Source: Octopus bimaculoides
Lineage: Eukaryota
Assembly (NCBI RefSeq): GCF_001194135.2
Contig: NC_068983.1
Span: 154,970,693 to 155,034,692 of the forward strand
Reading direction: 5' to 3'
Length of the DNA stretch: 64,000 bases
Below are positions 24,100 through 38,265 of the stretch, one piece after another. The notes beneath the pieces were generated by a model. That model did not search any database. It saw only the letters and a list, made by a program, of their open reading frames with translations, and was not told the origin of the DNA. Numbering within the stretch: position 1 is the stretch's first letter; every line of letters starts with the position of its first letter. A program made the translations under genes and the position numbers.

Positions 24100-24938
24100 C
24101 AAGTGTGGTAAAGGTTAACATAGATGCACGTATGTACATATGCATGGGTCTGTATTTCCTCATTGTGTATGGCAGCATGTATGTGTATTTACGTGTGCAG
24201 GTAATGTGAGTATATATGTGTGTTTGTGTGTGCATAATGTTTGTGTGTATGTGTGAAATTATTAAATGTTTATGTACAAAAACAGTGCAAAACCTAAGAT
24301 AAATATAGTTGTTTCACTACAGTTTTTAAGCCTCTTTCACTGTCGAAACTTTAAACAGATGTGAATACATCTTGATATTCTCTTTGGACAAAGAAAAGTG
24401 TATATATATATGTATTTACATATCTCTATATCGGTTAATTATATACTCTGTGTGTGTGTGTGTGTGTAATACATAAATACACATATATGTATGTTGGAAT
24501 ATGGTATTTTATGTTAGTTGGCATATATAGTGTTTTTACAAGCAGAAGGTTATACAATGTATGAAAATTGATGGCTAGNNNNNNNNNNNNNNNNNNNNNN
24601 NNNTGTGTGTGTGTGTGTGTACATTTCTTTTTGCATCTGTGCAAGTATACTATGTGACAGATGCACAATGTATGCATAATGCACCATAGCTACATTTGAG
24701 AAACAATGCACACATATATAGGTACACCCTATATAGGCAAGCAGAATTATGGTACATGCACTAATGTGTATACACACTACCACACAAATATGTATGTATG
24801 TATATACAAGTGCACATGAAGAAAACTTACATGTACATATCTAAGTGTACATATAATATCTACATGTATATGTGTGCATGGGCTTAGCTATTGGATTTGT
24901 GTGTGGGTGTATATGTAAATATACATTATATATGCATG

Positions 24939-24969
<31 letters not shown>

Positions 24970-24987
24970 ATCTCTCTCTCTCTCTCG

Positions 24988-25018
<31 letters not shown>

Positions 25019-25579
25019 NNNNNNNNNNNNNNNNNNNNNNNNNNNNNNNNNNNNNNNNNNNNNNNNNNNNNNNNNNNNNNNNNNNNNNNNNNNNNNNNNN
25101 NNNNNNNNNNNNNNNNNNNNNNNNNNNNNNNNNNNNNNNNNNNNNNNNNNNNNNNNNNNNNNNNNNNNNNNNNNNNNNNNNNNNNNNNNNNNNNNNNNNN
25201 NNNNNNNNNNNNNNNNNNNNNNNNNNNNNNNNNNNNNNNNNNNNNNNNNNNNNNNNNNNNNNNNNNNNNNNNNNNNNNNNNNNNNNNNNNNNNNNNNNNN
25301 NNNNNNNNNNNNNNNNNNNNNNNNNNNNNNNNNNNNNNNNNNNNNNNNNNNNNNNNNNNNNNNNNNNNNNNNNNNNNNNNNNNNNNNNNNNNNNNNNNNN
25401 NNNNNNNNNNNNNNNNNNNNNNNNNNNNNNNNNNNNNNNNNNNNNNNNNNNNNNNNNNNNNNNNNNNNNNNNNNNNNNNNNNNNNNNNNNNNNNNNNNNN
25501 NNNNNNNNNNNNNNNNNNNNNNNNNNNNNNNNNNNNNNNNNNNNNNNNNNNNNNNNNNNNNNNNNNNNNNNNNNNNNNN

Positions 25580-25627
<48 letters not shown>

Positions 25628-26112
25628 TAAATATATATAAACCATTAGTTTGAAAATTGATTGTACAAAAGCAAGCTGTTTGTCAGCAGGCAGCTGATCC
25701 TATTTTAAAACCACATTATCTCAGGTGTATAAGATGGAATGGATGGTAATAGATGGTGGGGATTGTGGTTGGGATGCTTGTGGTCGTGGTGGTGGTGGTG
25801 GTGGTGGTGTGTTGGATGGGATGAAGAAAGCTATGATTGAAAATAAAAAATAAAAAATATTTCCAAGAGATGATGTTTGTGTGTGATGCTATAGTTGCCG
25901 ATTTTGGTGGTGGTGGAGTTGTTAGTGTTGTTGTGATGCTGTGTGTGTCTGTGTGTGTGCACACGCTTTTATCATTGTGATTGATATTGTGGTTGTGGCA
26001 GTGGTGGTATTATTAATGATGTGTTGTTGTTGTTGTTGTTGGCTGAAGTACTTGTGGTCGTAGTTGACTTTGTAATGGTGTTGTAGTGAGGTTGTTGCTA
26101 ATAATGAGGTGG

Positions 26113-26175
<63 letters not shown>

Positions 26176-26178
<3 letters not shown>

Positions 26179-26520
26179 CAAAAAAACAATAACAAAAAAA
26201 CAAAAAAACAACAAAGTGAGGATGTGATATAGATAGTATTATATATATATATATATAAATATATAAAACAAAAGCATGTCAAAAGAATGTACACAATGTA
26301 TGTATTAAGCTGCCGTTCAGTTTAAGATGGTAAAAAAGCGGGTTTGTGATGTTTTGAGCATGGCTCTTCATCAGAAAGAGGAAAGGTCTGGAGCGAAGGA
26401 ACAAAATAGTCTGAGAGAAGCATGTTTGTCGTTACATGGCTGATATGTGTGTATGAGGGTCAGTATTTTGTGTTGAGGATGGTTGATAAGGTAGGAAAGG
26501 TGTTAACTTAAGTAATGCAA
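26176..26520 (-). mobile_element. Penelope-like or retrozyme-like relics with decayed hammerhead (26348-26380)
   Basis: Minus strand reads CTGATGA AGAGC-cat-GCTC AAAA CATC (two CpG-to-CpA changes from GCTCGAAACGTC); tail 26176-26242 is homologous to the 22-kb unit. Confidence 0.62.
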
Positions 26521-27529
26521 TTTATTGAACAACTTCTTAGGCATATCTGTTGGTATGCACATATACCTAGATACGCATGTAAGAATATATGTGTGTATGT
26601 GTTGGAAATATGACTGTGCTATTATTATCTATTTTATTAAGTACTTTTTTCCTTCTCTGTTTTATTATTTGTGAGTGTCTTGTAATTCATTTGGAACAAT
26701 AAAGTTTCTAAATCCAGCCACAATGCTTCCAGACTTTTACAGCTTCATCCTCAGGTTATATGAAGTGTTGATGGCCTACATAACTGCCTGTCTTACAGTA
26801 GGCAAATGCAAGTTATGTAGAATTTAGAATTTTGCTCTCAAGCTTTATATCATCAGTCACAGTGTTGTATTATGCTATTAGTATTGGTTCCATCATATAT
26901 CACCTATTTCTCTGGGGAATTCTACTTTAGTATGGTTGTATTGTCTACTTATGTTTCTATCACTACTTCTTGTAAGTGCATGGTGCATCTACAAGATAGT
27001 GTTGTATAAGTATGGCCAGTGGAACAGTAGAATCATGAAGTTTACAACTTTGATGTTTATCTCAAATCTAAATATATCATACACCATACTTCCATCACTA
27101 TTTCTGCTTTATTGCCTGTTATTCACCATGGTATCCAGCACCCTGTTATCGCTTGCCATAGTCTTTTGTTATCACCTTTATGAGGCACAGGATTTCAAGA
27201 TTAGTATTCATCCCATATTTTTCTACATAGAATACTTGGCACTTTATACAACTGACATCCACTATTTGCATCACATTCTCATGGTGTCCTTTCCTACATT
27301 TAGTTTTCTTAATATCTAGCTTTTAGATTATTTGTGCGCCATCATTCATATTCTCTAACATTACTCATCAAGTAGATGTGTGGGGTTAATGTGTGTTTGT
27401 GTGTGTGTGCCTGCTTGGATTCACCTGCCCACCTGTAGGTATTTATGTATGTGTGTAGCTATAGCTATGTACATATCTGTATATGCATATACATATCTAT
27501 CTATCTATATATCTATCTATCTGTCTATC

Positions 27530-27740
27530 TATCTGTGTTTGTGTGTCTGTGTTTGTCCCTCCACCATCGCTTGACAACCGATGCTGGTGTGTTTACATCC
27601 CCGTAACTTAGTGGTTCGGCAAAAAGAAACCGATAGAATAAGTACTAGGCTTACAAAGAATAAGTCCTGGGGTCAATTTTCTCGACTAAAGGCGGTGCTC
27701 CAGCATGGCCGCAGTCAAATGACTGAAACAAGTAAAAGAG
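27530..27740 (+). mobile_element. SINE family A, 3' half, young
   Basis: Near identical to the reverse complement of the 15020-15210 segment. Confidence 0.85.
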
Positions 27741-27782
27741 TATATATATATATATATATGGAATCTATCCATNNNNNNNNNN

Positions 27783-27834
<52 letters not shown>

Positions 27835-28606
27835 ACATTGACATACATATATATAGTTGGCTTCTATACAGTTTCCATCTCCCAGTTTCACTCAAGGCAC
27901 TAGTTGACCCAGTGCCATGGTAGATTATAGCTCAAGACAGTGTGCAATAGGTCCGAGTTTGAGACCACTTGGCAGTGAAATGACATTCTTAACCACATAG
28001 TCATGTGTGGATATGTGTGTGTTTCTGTGTATGTTTGATTAGGTTAGATTAAATACACAGATGGAATTATTGATGAAGTGTTAGACTGATGGAATCATTG
28101 ATTGGTAGATTGATAGGATCATTGATTGGTAATTTGATAGTTAACATAAAAGGATGTATAGATTGACCAATAGACAGATAGAAAGACGGATATTGATTGA
28201 TTAAACTCATTCAATTAATTCAAATATTCTTTTAATCCTTCCCTCTGGCACCTGTGCAGGCAATAATTTTCAATAAACTGCAGCTTCTGTTGCCATTACG
28301 ATTGTTACAGCAGATGAAATGCACTTTCATGCAATTCTTTATTCCAACTTTAAACACACAAATGCACTCACATTGCTGTCCTAATTTGGTATATATATAT
28401 ATAGAGAGAGAGAGGAGGTAGAGGAGGAGGAGGAAGTGGATAATGCGTGTGCGTGTGTGGGTGTAAAACTGATGCTGTCTGATACGATACCATTTCCTTT
28501 CACTGTATTTGTGTGTGTATGAAAGAGCAGTAGAATGTGTGTGTATGCGAGTGGGTTGTAACCATTTATTTTTTGCTTGTGCATGTGTTCACTTGTGTTA
28601 CAATAG

Positions 28607-28648
<42 letters not shown>

Positions 28649-28941
28649 ATCTAATATATCTATATGTACGTATGTGTGTATATGTATATATATATGTATG
28701 TGTATATATATGTATGTGTATATATATATGTATGTGTATATATATGTATATATATATATATGTGTGTGTGTGTGTATCTGTGTGTGTGTGCGTGTGTGTG
28801 TGTGTATATCTGTATGTGTGTGTGTATGTATATATGTGTGTGTGTGTGTGTGTGTATGTATATCTGTATGTGTGTGTGTGTGTGTATGTATATCTGTATA
28901 TGTGTGTATGTGTATGTATATCTGTATGTGTGGTGTGTATG

Positions 28942-28992
<51 letters not shown>

Positions 28993-29295
28993 AATCTGGA
29001 AAGAAAGGAAATAGAAATTCTGTAAGAAAAAAGTGGGACCAACTAATCTGGAGAAGAGCTCTACTGCCAAGTGGCAGCAGAGTTTACTGTTGTAGACAAT
29101 NNNNNNNNNNNNNNNNNNNNNNNNNNNNNNNNNNNNNNNNNNNNNNNNNNNNNNNNNNNNNNNNNNNNNNNNNNNNNNNNNNNNNNNNNNNNNNNNNNNN
29201 NNNNNNNNNNNNNNNNNNNNNNNNNNNNNNNNNNNNNNNNNNNNNNNNNNNNNNNNNNNNNNNNNNNNNNNNNNNNNNNNNNNNNNNNNNNNNNN

Positions 29296-29351
<56 letters not shown>

Positions 29352-30254
29352 TTCATGTGGAAAATGATTGGAATAAATTGAATTATTATACAGAAACTCT
29401 TTGTGTATGTTGAAGAAAGTGGAGCAAGCTTTGATGATGTAGCAGGGAATTTTTTTTGCTTTTAGCCCAAGGTCAACTTTCATCCAGTAGGACTACAATC
29501 AAGAGCATTTCAGTAGGACCATTTTGTCATTTTACTGACATAATGTAGCGAGCATGTCAGACTAATTCAGCATCGAGAATTATCTAATAGTCCTTCTTTA
29601 AGATGGTAGTGTGTATGTTGAAAGATTTGTTGCTGCTGCTATTTCAAGAGATTTTGTGGCTGCTCACTTTTTAGCTTAGATCATTTGGGTTTGATGCAAA
29701 TGTGTATCCCCAAACCTGAAGGAATTTTTAAGGGTTATCAATGCTTATCTTCACTTTGATAGTGTTAAGCTAATGAAGAGCAAATCTCTTCCCCTGCTCC
29801 TGAAGTCTGTCCTAAATCAATATTTTATCAAATTATTCTATGAAATATATATATAGTCTTAGGAATCTAGTGCTGGTTTGTATCACCTAATATTGAGTAC
29901 ACAAGTCACTCATCATAAAACTTGAAGTACATGCACATACAGCAGTATACCAAACTTCATTGAACCACCAAACACAGCTGGTACAGCCAGTAGAGAGTAC
30001 AAACACAGAGTGCAGATTTGCTTTGGCAGATGAGTACAAATGTTTTGAGTAAAACCTTTTTACCAGAGGAGAAGTACTGCTTTCATGGCAAACCAACCTT
30101 TTTTTCTGCTTCTGACCTGCTTTAGTCTGCACTAGATTTGAATTCCAGTCCTTTACAGTCATAGTCTTATTATCCTGATTTAATCTATTCGGTTGTTTTA
30201 CATTTTCGATTATGATTGATAATGAAATTTCAAGTCAGTGAGTTTTAGGCTTGT

Positions 30255-30370
30255 TAGTCAATGAATTTGAAGCAGAGACCATCATAGTTATTATGTGACA
30301 AAAGGAGAACACTAGTCAATGAATTTGAAGCAGAGACCATCATAGTTATTATGTGACAAAAGGAGAACAC
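30255..30370. repeat. Perfect 58-bp tandem duplication
   Basis: TAGTCAATGAATTTGAAGCAGAGACCATCATAGTTATTATGTGACAAAAGGAGAACAC occurs twice. Confidence 0.95.
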
Positions 30371-31994
30371 AGTTGAAAGATGTGACAATGTTTGGAGGAC
30401 ATTGGTTTGTGTAGGATCATTTCTTTTGTCAACGAATTGCCTTTTTTCTCAGGAACTGGTCCAGGATATTTTGTGCATGTCTTCTTAGCAATAGCTGTTG
30501 TTGCCTTTAGTGTTTGGTCAGAATGGATTTGACAAACTTAGAATCAAATATGGTTATCCCAGAAGATTCCAACCTGACCACAATGTTTAGTTCTTTCTCT
30601 TCAGAATGTTGACCCTCTGGAATTTTCTCCATGCTCATTTTTTTCATTCAGCTATCCATAAGGACTATTCACAAGCAACTGCATTGATTTTACTGGTCTT
30701 AGAGGACCTGCAAAACCCATAGGCATTGGTTCCTTTTCCAATGAAAACAAAGAAGAATGAAAAAAAAAGAATGATTCTTGCGCCTTTATTGGGAAATCTG
30801 ATAAAGGGTTACATTATCCAATGCAACCTTCCTTTTTCAAGATAGTATCTTGACTTGAAAGAGATGTAGCTCTGTTTCTAGACCAGGCAACCTTATTAAA
30901 GTTTTGCTAATGGCTTGTGCGTGTTAGTGGATTGTAGTCTTTGATATTTTAACACTAACTCTAGTGTGGGTAAATAATTGCATGCCATAGAGGTTTAACA
31001 TATAGAAATATATTCTGGTTGTGTAGAAGACTGTTGTACTATAATTGATGTGTTTGTGTGTGTGTGTGTGTGTGTTTTGGTGTATCAGACAACTATTATA
31101 ATCAGACAGATATATTAGTGTATGTATTTGTATATGATGCGTGTTGAATGTTTTTGTCAACTTGTGTATGTATGTTTGATTGTGCACTCATGTAATTGTG
31201 TGCATTGTGTATATGTTGGTTGTTTATATTTGTGTTTGATTGTATATGTGTAACTGTACATTTGTGTATATGTACTGTGTATGGTAGGTGTGTGTATAAA
31301 TGTATATGTGTACTTTACACATGTGTATGGGGTGATGGTTGTAAAGATGCCTGTATATATATATATATATATTTGAATGCATGCTGTTTAAACTTCTATG
31401 TATATGTGTTTATCTGTTAATTTTAATAAGCTTAAGAATGAGGCTTAATTTTTGAATGCATGTAGGATGGGGCAGGTACATATTTAAATCTTTAGATGCT
31501 TTCATCTTCTCATTGCCTTCACCTACCCATACCTTCCTATCTGTCTATTTATCCATCTATCTATCTGTTTGTCTGCTTGGCTATATCCTTAATCCCCTCT
31601 TTATTAAGTATTTATTAAATTGGTTTATTTGAAGATTTACCCATTGCTGCCAAGGAGGAAACAATAGGGGAGGCTATGACACTCATCAACCAATCACGTT
31701 GCCCAACATGTCAGCTCATCACCTAATCCACCCTCTTACATTACCTCAAAGGGCCAAGAGTCAGTGCAAGGATGTGGTTGGAGCACTGTGTGTGTGTGCG
31801 TGTGTATGTATGTGTGTGTCAACAATAAGACAGAGGGAGAATACAATGACAGTTGCCCAAAGCTAATCTGAGGATTAGATAATACAATTAAAGAAAATAG
31901 AGCTCCCTTGTTACATGAACACAATGGATTTCTCATAATCCCTCACTCTTATGGCAATAAAAGAAGCATATTATTATTGTTGTTATTATTATTA

Positions 31995-32460
31995 TTATTA
32001 TTATCGAGCTGGTAGAATTGTTAGCATGACAGACAAGATGCTGAACATTTCCTTGGGTTTTACATTCTGAGTTCAAATGCTGCGATGGCCAACTTTGCCT
32101 TTAATCATTTCAGGGGTCTGTAAAATACCAGTTGAGTACTGGGTTGATGTAATTGACCAGCCACCTCCACCCCCACTCCCCACAAATTACAGGACTTGCA
32201 CCTATAGTCGAAAAAGATTATAATTATTATTATTATTATTATTAAGGTGACAAGTAGGTAGAGTCATTAGCATGCTGGGCAAAATGCTTAGTGGCATCTT
32301 TACGTTCTGAGTTCACATTCTGCCGGGGTTGACTTTGCGTTTCATCCTTTCGGGGGTCAATAAATTAAGTACCAATAAAACACTGGGGTTGATGTAATCA
32401 ACTAGTCCCCACTGTCAAAATTTCAGGCCTTGTGCCTTTAATAGAAAAGATTATTATTAT
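31995..32460 (+). mobile_element. Two tandem SINE family C copies separated by (TTA)n tails
   Basis: GAGCTGGTAGAATTGTTAGC and GGTAGAGTCATTAGC heads, GAGTTCAAAT/GAGTTCACATT boxes, each copy ending in AAAAGATTATTATT. Confidence 0.78.
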
Positions 32461-32561
32461 CGGCAGTATATTTGGACGCTAGACAAAATGACTCGGTTCT
32501 TAATGTTCAGATCCCACAAAAGCTATGATTACTTTTCATACTTTCACGGTTGATTATGTAC

Positions 32562-32971
32562 CAGAGACGTGCTGCCTGAGTAGGCAAGGTAGGCAGTGTC
32601 TAACCTGAATGAAATAGATCGATAGTAACTTTTTCCTTTTTATGGCAAAATACGTACCTAATTCAATAAAATTATGAAGGTCACTCTGATTACTATGCAT
32701 AAAATACAAAGTATTTTATTTTTTTGTAGATTAGGTAGGCATAATACGCCCCTGCCTTTCAATCTCAGTATTAAAACTACGCATAGTATTGCTATAGTAC
32801 ACGTGCTGCGTACATTCCTACAACAACATTTTCTTTATGCACTATAAAGGCAGAAGTAAATCTGTCTACAACTCAGTTGCGTACCTATGTTTCACTTATT
32901 TGTTTTGTGAGTTTTACTACATAAACATCACGAGCTGCCTACCCTGCATAATTCCTGATGGCATGTGCCTG
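32562..32971. mobile_element. hAT-type non-autonomous DNA transposon
   Basis: Exact 8-bp TSD TTATGTAC (32554-32561 and 32972-32979); imperfect CAG-starting TIRs and an inverted subterminal GGTAGGCAG motif. Confidence 0.82.
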
Positions 32972-35357
32972 TTATGTACCTATCCAGTACTGGGGTTAAT
33001 TTAGTTGATTAACCCACCACCACCAATTTCAATTTGTTATCCCGTGCTTATGTTATTAGGAATATAGAGGACAGAAATGGTGGAACAGCTGAGTGATATG
33101 AGTTGCACTAACTTGAGTTACATTGCTTGGTCCAGAGTACAAAGATGGCTGAAGTTGAATTTGCCTTTTAGCTTTTTTTTTTTTGTTTGTTTGGAGGAAT
33201 ATAATAAAATAGGATACCGCTCTATATCTGATGGTTGTTCAGTTTATTTGTTGGAGAATTGGACAAAACATTCTTCAAGTATTTGTTCTGAATTCAAATC
33301 TTGCCAAGATTAACTTTTCTTTCATTCTTTCGGGATCAATGAAATAGTCCCAATCAAGTATTGATGTAAATAATACCAACTACTACCCATCCCCCAATGC
33401 CTCAAAATTGCTGGCCTTGTGCTTATATCAGGCTGGCACTTTGTATAATATAGTTCTGAATACATTATGCCTGAATATATGAATATATGGTTATAGTTGG
33501 TTAGGTTTTAAATGCCTGGTTGTGTAGACTAGCAGAATCTAGTACCATTTGGTATTTTGTTACAGTCCATTACATTTCTGAGTTAAGATTCACAGAGGTC
33601 AACTCTGTCTTTGCTTCTTATCCTCCTAGGGTCAATAAAATAAAATGCCTGGTCAATAAAATAAAATGCCAATCAAGTAATGGGCTTGATATAATCTGCA
33701 ATACTCATCATCATCATTTGATGTCCGTTTCCATGCTGGCATGGGTTGGATGGTTTGACAGGAGCTAACTAGCTAAAGGGCTGTTCAGGCTCCCTGTCTG
33801 TTTTGACATAGTTTCTACAGCTAGATACCTTCCCTAATGCCAACCACTTTATATCATGTTCTGGGTGCTTTTACACGACGCCAACATCACTCCTCAACAA
33901 AATATATAACCTTGTACTTATGGTAGAAATCAGTCATAAATCTACTGGATTCGATCTTGCATTTTGTCTAAAACAACAACAAAATTACTATTCTGTTCAA
34001 GTACCGTGCCTTATCAAATGAAATCCTTATTAAGATCATCGTAAGAGCTTTTTTTTCTATGATGACTTGTCTCTAATCAGTGTTGTGGTTTAATTTTAAA
34101 TCAATCCAGATTGAATAGAAGGTTCTAATCATGAACATGCTTTCTTTTTGTATATCATTATTCCTTCTTTTTAAGGCACCATAGGATTTGATTTGAAGGA
34201 GCATTTGTTGCTATTTTTTGCAGTTTGAGCAGCTGTGTATAGATGCTTTCTTGGTTGACCTGGCCACTAAACCTCGTAATATAGAAAAGGCAACACTGAA
34301 AATATCATCAATGGACCTTGTACATAGTCAATTGCCTTACTAGAAATAGCAACCAAATCTTCAAATTACACTTTATCATTTCGAAAAAAAAAGAAGAATG
34401 CATTGGACAATGTATTCCCAGACACCATTAAAAGACAGGATTGTTGTTGAATATTCTTTTACCATAGTTCCACTCAAGGCTGACCGAGGGCTAAACAACA
34501 ACATAATAGTCATTTCAAATTTAAAAGCTTGTGATAAACTGTTATTGCTGTTGCAGTCTTTTGTCTGCGGCAACAATATTACAAAAGAGAATGCGAGTCC
34601 ATATGTGTGTTTATGTGTGTGTATGTGCATCTGTTATGCATATGTTTGTGCAATGTGTGCTTGTGTGTGTGTGTGTGTGTGTGTGTCTGTGTTTCTATTT
34701 TTGTTCATTGATATGCCTGTTTTTTATCTGTAGCTATATATTTCTTGATCGATCGAGCTATCTATATTAATCTATATGTTTTATTGATCTTTAGTTGTCT
34801 ATCATTTGTTACTTTATCAATCAGTTTTGTCTATATATCTACCTTCTACCCACCTACTTATCTATCTGTTAGGAAATCTATCAATCCATTCTTGTCTTCA
34901 TACATACATACATACATGTGTGTGTATATATATGTGTTTGTGTGTGTGTGTGTGCTTGTATGTATGAATCTGTGTGTATGGTCTTTCTCTTTTCCTTCCT
35001 TGTCTCTCTCTCTCTCTCTCTCTCTTTATCTCTTTGTGCCCCCCCTCTCTCTCTTTATCTGTTTGTGCCCCCCCCCTCTCCATACACAGGCATGTCTCAG
35101 TCTCTTTGTCTCTCTCAACATTTTCTATCACTCAAACAAAAGATTTGTGAAAAAAAAAACATGTAATCTCACAAAATAGAGTAATCTTCTATTNNNNNNN
35201 NNNNNNNNNNNNNNNNNNNNNNNNNNNNNNNNNNNNNNNNNNNNNNNNNNNNNNNNNNNNNNNNNNNNNNNNNNNNNNNNNNNNNNNNNNNNNNNNNNNN
35301 NNNNNNNNNNNNNNNNNNNNNNNNNNNNNNNNNNNNNNNNNNNNNNNNNNNNNNNNN

Positions 35358-35398
<41 letters not shown>

Positions 35399-37019
35399 CT
35401 AACATTTTCAAAGCTTATCTAGGCTAATGCAGGAACATATTCGCTCGCACCCTCCACCTCCTTTTCCCGTCCCCTTTGCTCACACAAAGACTTCAAAATA
35501 TAGAGTGAAAAATACCCAGTTGTACTTGCTTTGATTGAGTTGTAGAAATGATGAAATGCCAAAGAATACAAAAGCTCTGCTGCATGTAGTTATGTCTCCT
35601 CATTCTTTTGTTCTTTTATGGGTTGGTTTCAGTTATTGAATTATGGCCATGCTGGGCTAGCGCCTTCAAGAGCGTAACTTTTCATACCAACCTGCCTGAG
35701 ATCACCTTTATTTAGTTCTTTGATATAAACTTCCTGTTTTAGAAGTGATTGAAATTAAAACCTTCCCATTAAGATTTCATGTTAATTTATGCTTTAGACA
35801 CCTGTTTAGTAATCGTTAACATATTATTTTTTACTTGTACCAGTTATTGGACTGTGGCCAGACTGCAGCACTTCCTTGAAGTGTTTAGTCGAATCAACCC
35901 TAGTACTTTTTTTGTTTTAAATCTGGTACTTATTCTATGATGGGCTTCCATACACTTTCTTTCTACTAAATTCATTCGCAAAGCATTGGCCGTCCTGGAG
36001 CTATAGTAGACACTTGCCCAAGGTGTCTTACAATGGAGCATGGACCCAAAACTACATGGTTGCAAAGTGAGTTTCTTAACCTCACAGCTAAAGCTGTGTA
36101 TTTCAGAACCCCACAAAATAAAGGGGTACAAAAGGGTTCATCAATCATATCAACCTCAGTATTTCGTTTGATACTTGTTTTATCAATCTTGGAAGCGGTG
36201 AAAGTAAAGTGTGACTTGGAGTAGGATTTCAACTCAACAGTTTAAAGAGACAACCAAATGCCACAATTTTTTTTTTATCCAATGATTTGTCAGTTCTGCC
36301 AAACTGCTGACAAATTTTGTGTTTCGTGATTAAGTTTGTGACAGTAAAGGCATCCAGTCATAGAACATTGCTTTGAGAAAATACTTTGCGTCTAACAGCA
36401 TAAAAAAGCAAAAATTGAAACAATGGTAACAGTAATGAATTATTGGACAATATAGCCCTGAGTGTACAAAAGAGATAACTTAGTCAAGTATGCTCAATCA
36501 AGACTCACCTGGCACTAAACAACAACAACAACAGCAACATCATTTACGTCATATTCATATTCTTGTTTGTTTGTAAATATTTTCTAGAAAGAGTAGCTTG
36601 CTTGAGATGTAGCTTGTAAATTGTTGCCTGTCTTCTCAGAAACACATTAAACAGAAGAACTATTAGCAGATGTTAGCTGCTCTGAAAAGCCTATGATATG
36701 AAACTTAACTAATTGTCGTTATCATCAGCATAACATTTATTATCATCAACCTCAGCCTTCTCCTCCTTGTCATCACCAGCCAGGGTACTCCCAGAGTTGT
36801 TATCTGCCATGCTGCAGGAGCCTCTCTTCCATCATACTCCACTCAATTAATCACCCACCATCCCTTACTATATGATCTACACTCACCTGGTTATGCGCAG
36901 CTACTTCTATTTCTGTAGCTACATCTTCAGATAAACACATCTAATTGTTAACCTTTATTAAAGACAAACAGTAGTATTAAGACGGTGTTTTCATATTTCT
37001 ACTTATTCACTAGATAAGC

Positions 37020-37880
37020 GCAAGTGTGGCTCTATGGTAAGAAGTTTGCTTCCCAACCACATGGTTCTGGGTTCAGTTCTACTGCATGGCACATTGGGCA
37101 AGTGGGATCTCTTCTGTTTGGCTCACAGATTTTAAAACTGTTTTTCTTTAACTAAACAATTTGAAACTTCGTATACTGGTGTAATTTTTCACACTGAACA
37201 CACTTTACTTTCAACATTTTTGACAAAATTTTGTATTTTAGAAGTTATTTAATGTTTGTTGTATTTGGGTAATTTTAACCAATGAACAATGTGTATTCAG
37301 TTGAAGAAACCGACTGCTGTTTGCGATAGTAATCGAAGAGCAAGAACTTCCGGGTCATCTCTACTAAATGTATTTTTCAACCACGTGTGGATTACATTTA
37401 GTGGGCATGACCCAGAAGTTGTTGCTCTTCGATTACTATCGCAAACAACAGTAGGTTTCTTCTGCTGAATACACGTCGTTGATTGGTTAAAATTACCCAA
37501 ATACGACAACTTTAACATAAAATAACTTCTAAAATACGGAATTTTGTCAAAAAATGGAAAGTAAACCATGTTCAGCATGAGAAATTACACCAGTATATGA
37601 AGTTTCAAATTGTTTAGTTGAAACAATAATTTTAGAAATCTCTGAACCAAACTGAAGAGATTTGGCAAGTGTCTTGGGTCGACCAAGCCCATTGTATATG
37701 CCCTCCACCATCACTTGACAACTGGTGTCGGTGTGTTTCCATCCCCATGGACTGGCACTTCAGTGAAAGATACTGATAGAATAAGTACCAGGCTTTGATC
37801 AATTCAGGCAAATAAAATTCTTCATGGTAATGCCCCAGCATGGCCTCAGCCTAATGACTGAAACCAGTAAGAAAAAAAAA
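37020..37880 (+). mobile_element. SINE family A interrupted by a foldback element
   Basis: 5' half ends ...TTGGGCAAGTG at 37104 and resumes GGCAAGTGTCTT at 37664. Confidence 0.8.
37105..37663. mobile_element. Foldback MITE with about 270-bp arms and an 8-bp TSD
   Basis: The whole element is one imperfect palindrome; TSD GGCAAGTG at 37097-37104 and 37664-37671; termini GGATCTCTTC / GAAGAGATTT. Confidence 0.88.
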
Positions 37881-38122
37881 AAAAAAAGAAAGAAAAGAAA
37901 AATCAGTTTCCAGGGTTTAGTTGATACCATTGCTGGCAGTATTTCACTGGCAGATAGAACTGAACAATAAAAAGCTGGTATGAATGCTATAAGGCCATTT
38001 TGTCTAATGCCCTAATGAGAGTCCAATGCTTCTCAGTGAATAGTGTGTCTTAGACACACTCTCTGACATAAAAGAAAAAGGAAAGAAAATTCCTACATAA
38101 TGAAACCAATAAGCACACTCAG

Positions 38123-38162
<40 letters not shown>

Positions 38163-38216
38163 NNNNNNNNNNNNNNNNNNNNNNNNNNNNNNNNNNNNNN
38201 NNNNNNNNNNNNNNNN

Positions 38217-38265
<49 letters not shown>

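Noticed and set aside
26936-27319. 127-aa hydrophobic ORF resembling a membrane protein
   Set aside because: No family motif; hydrophobicity follows the T-rich composition, and the opposite strand has only a faint YLD-like RT trace too weak to call
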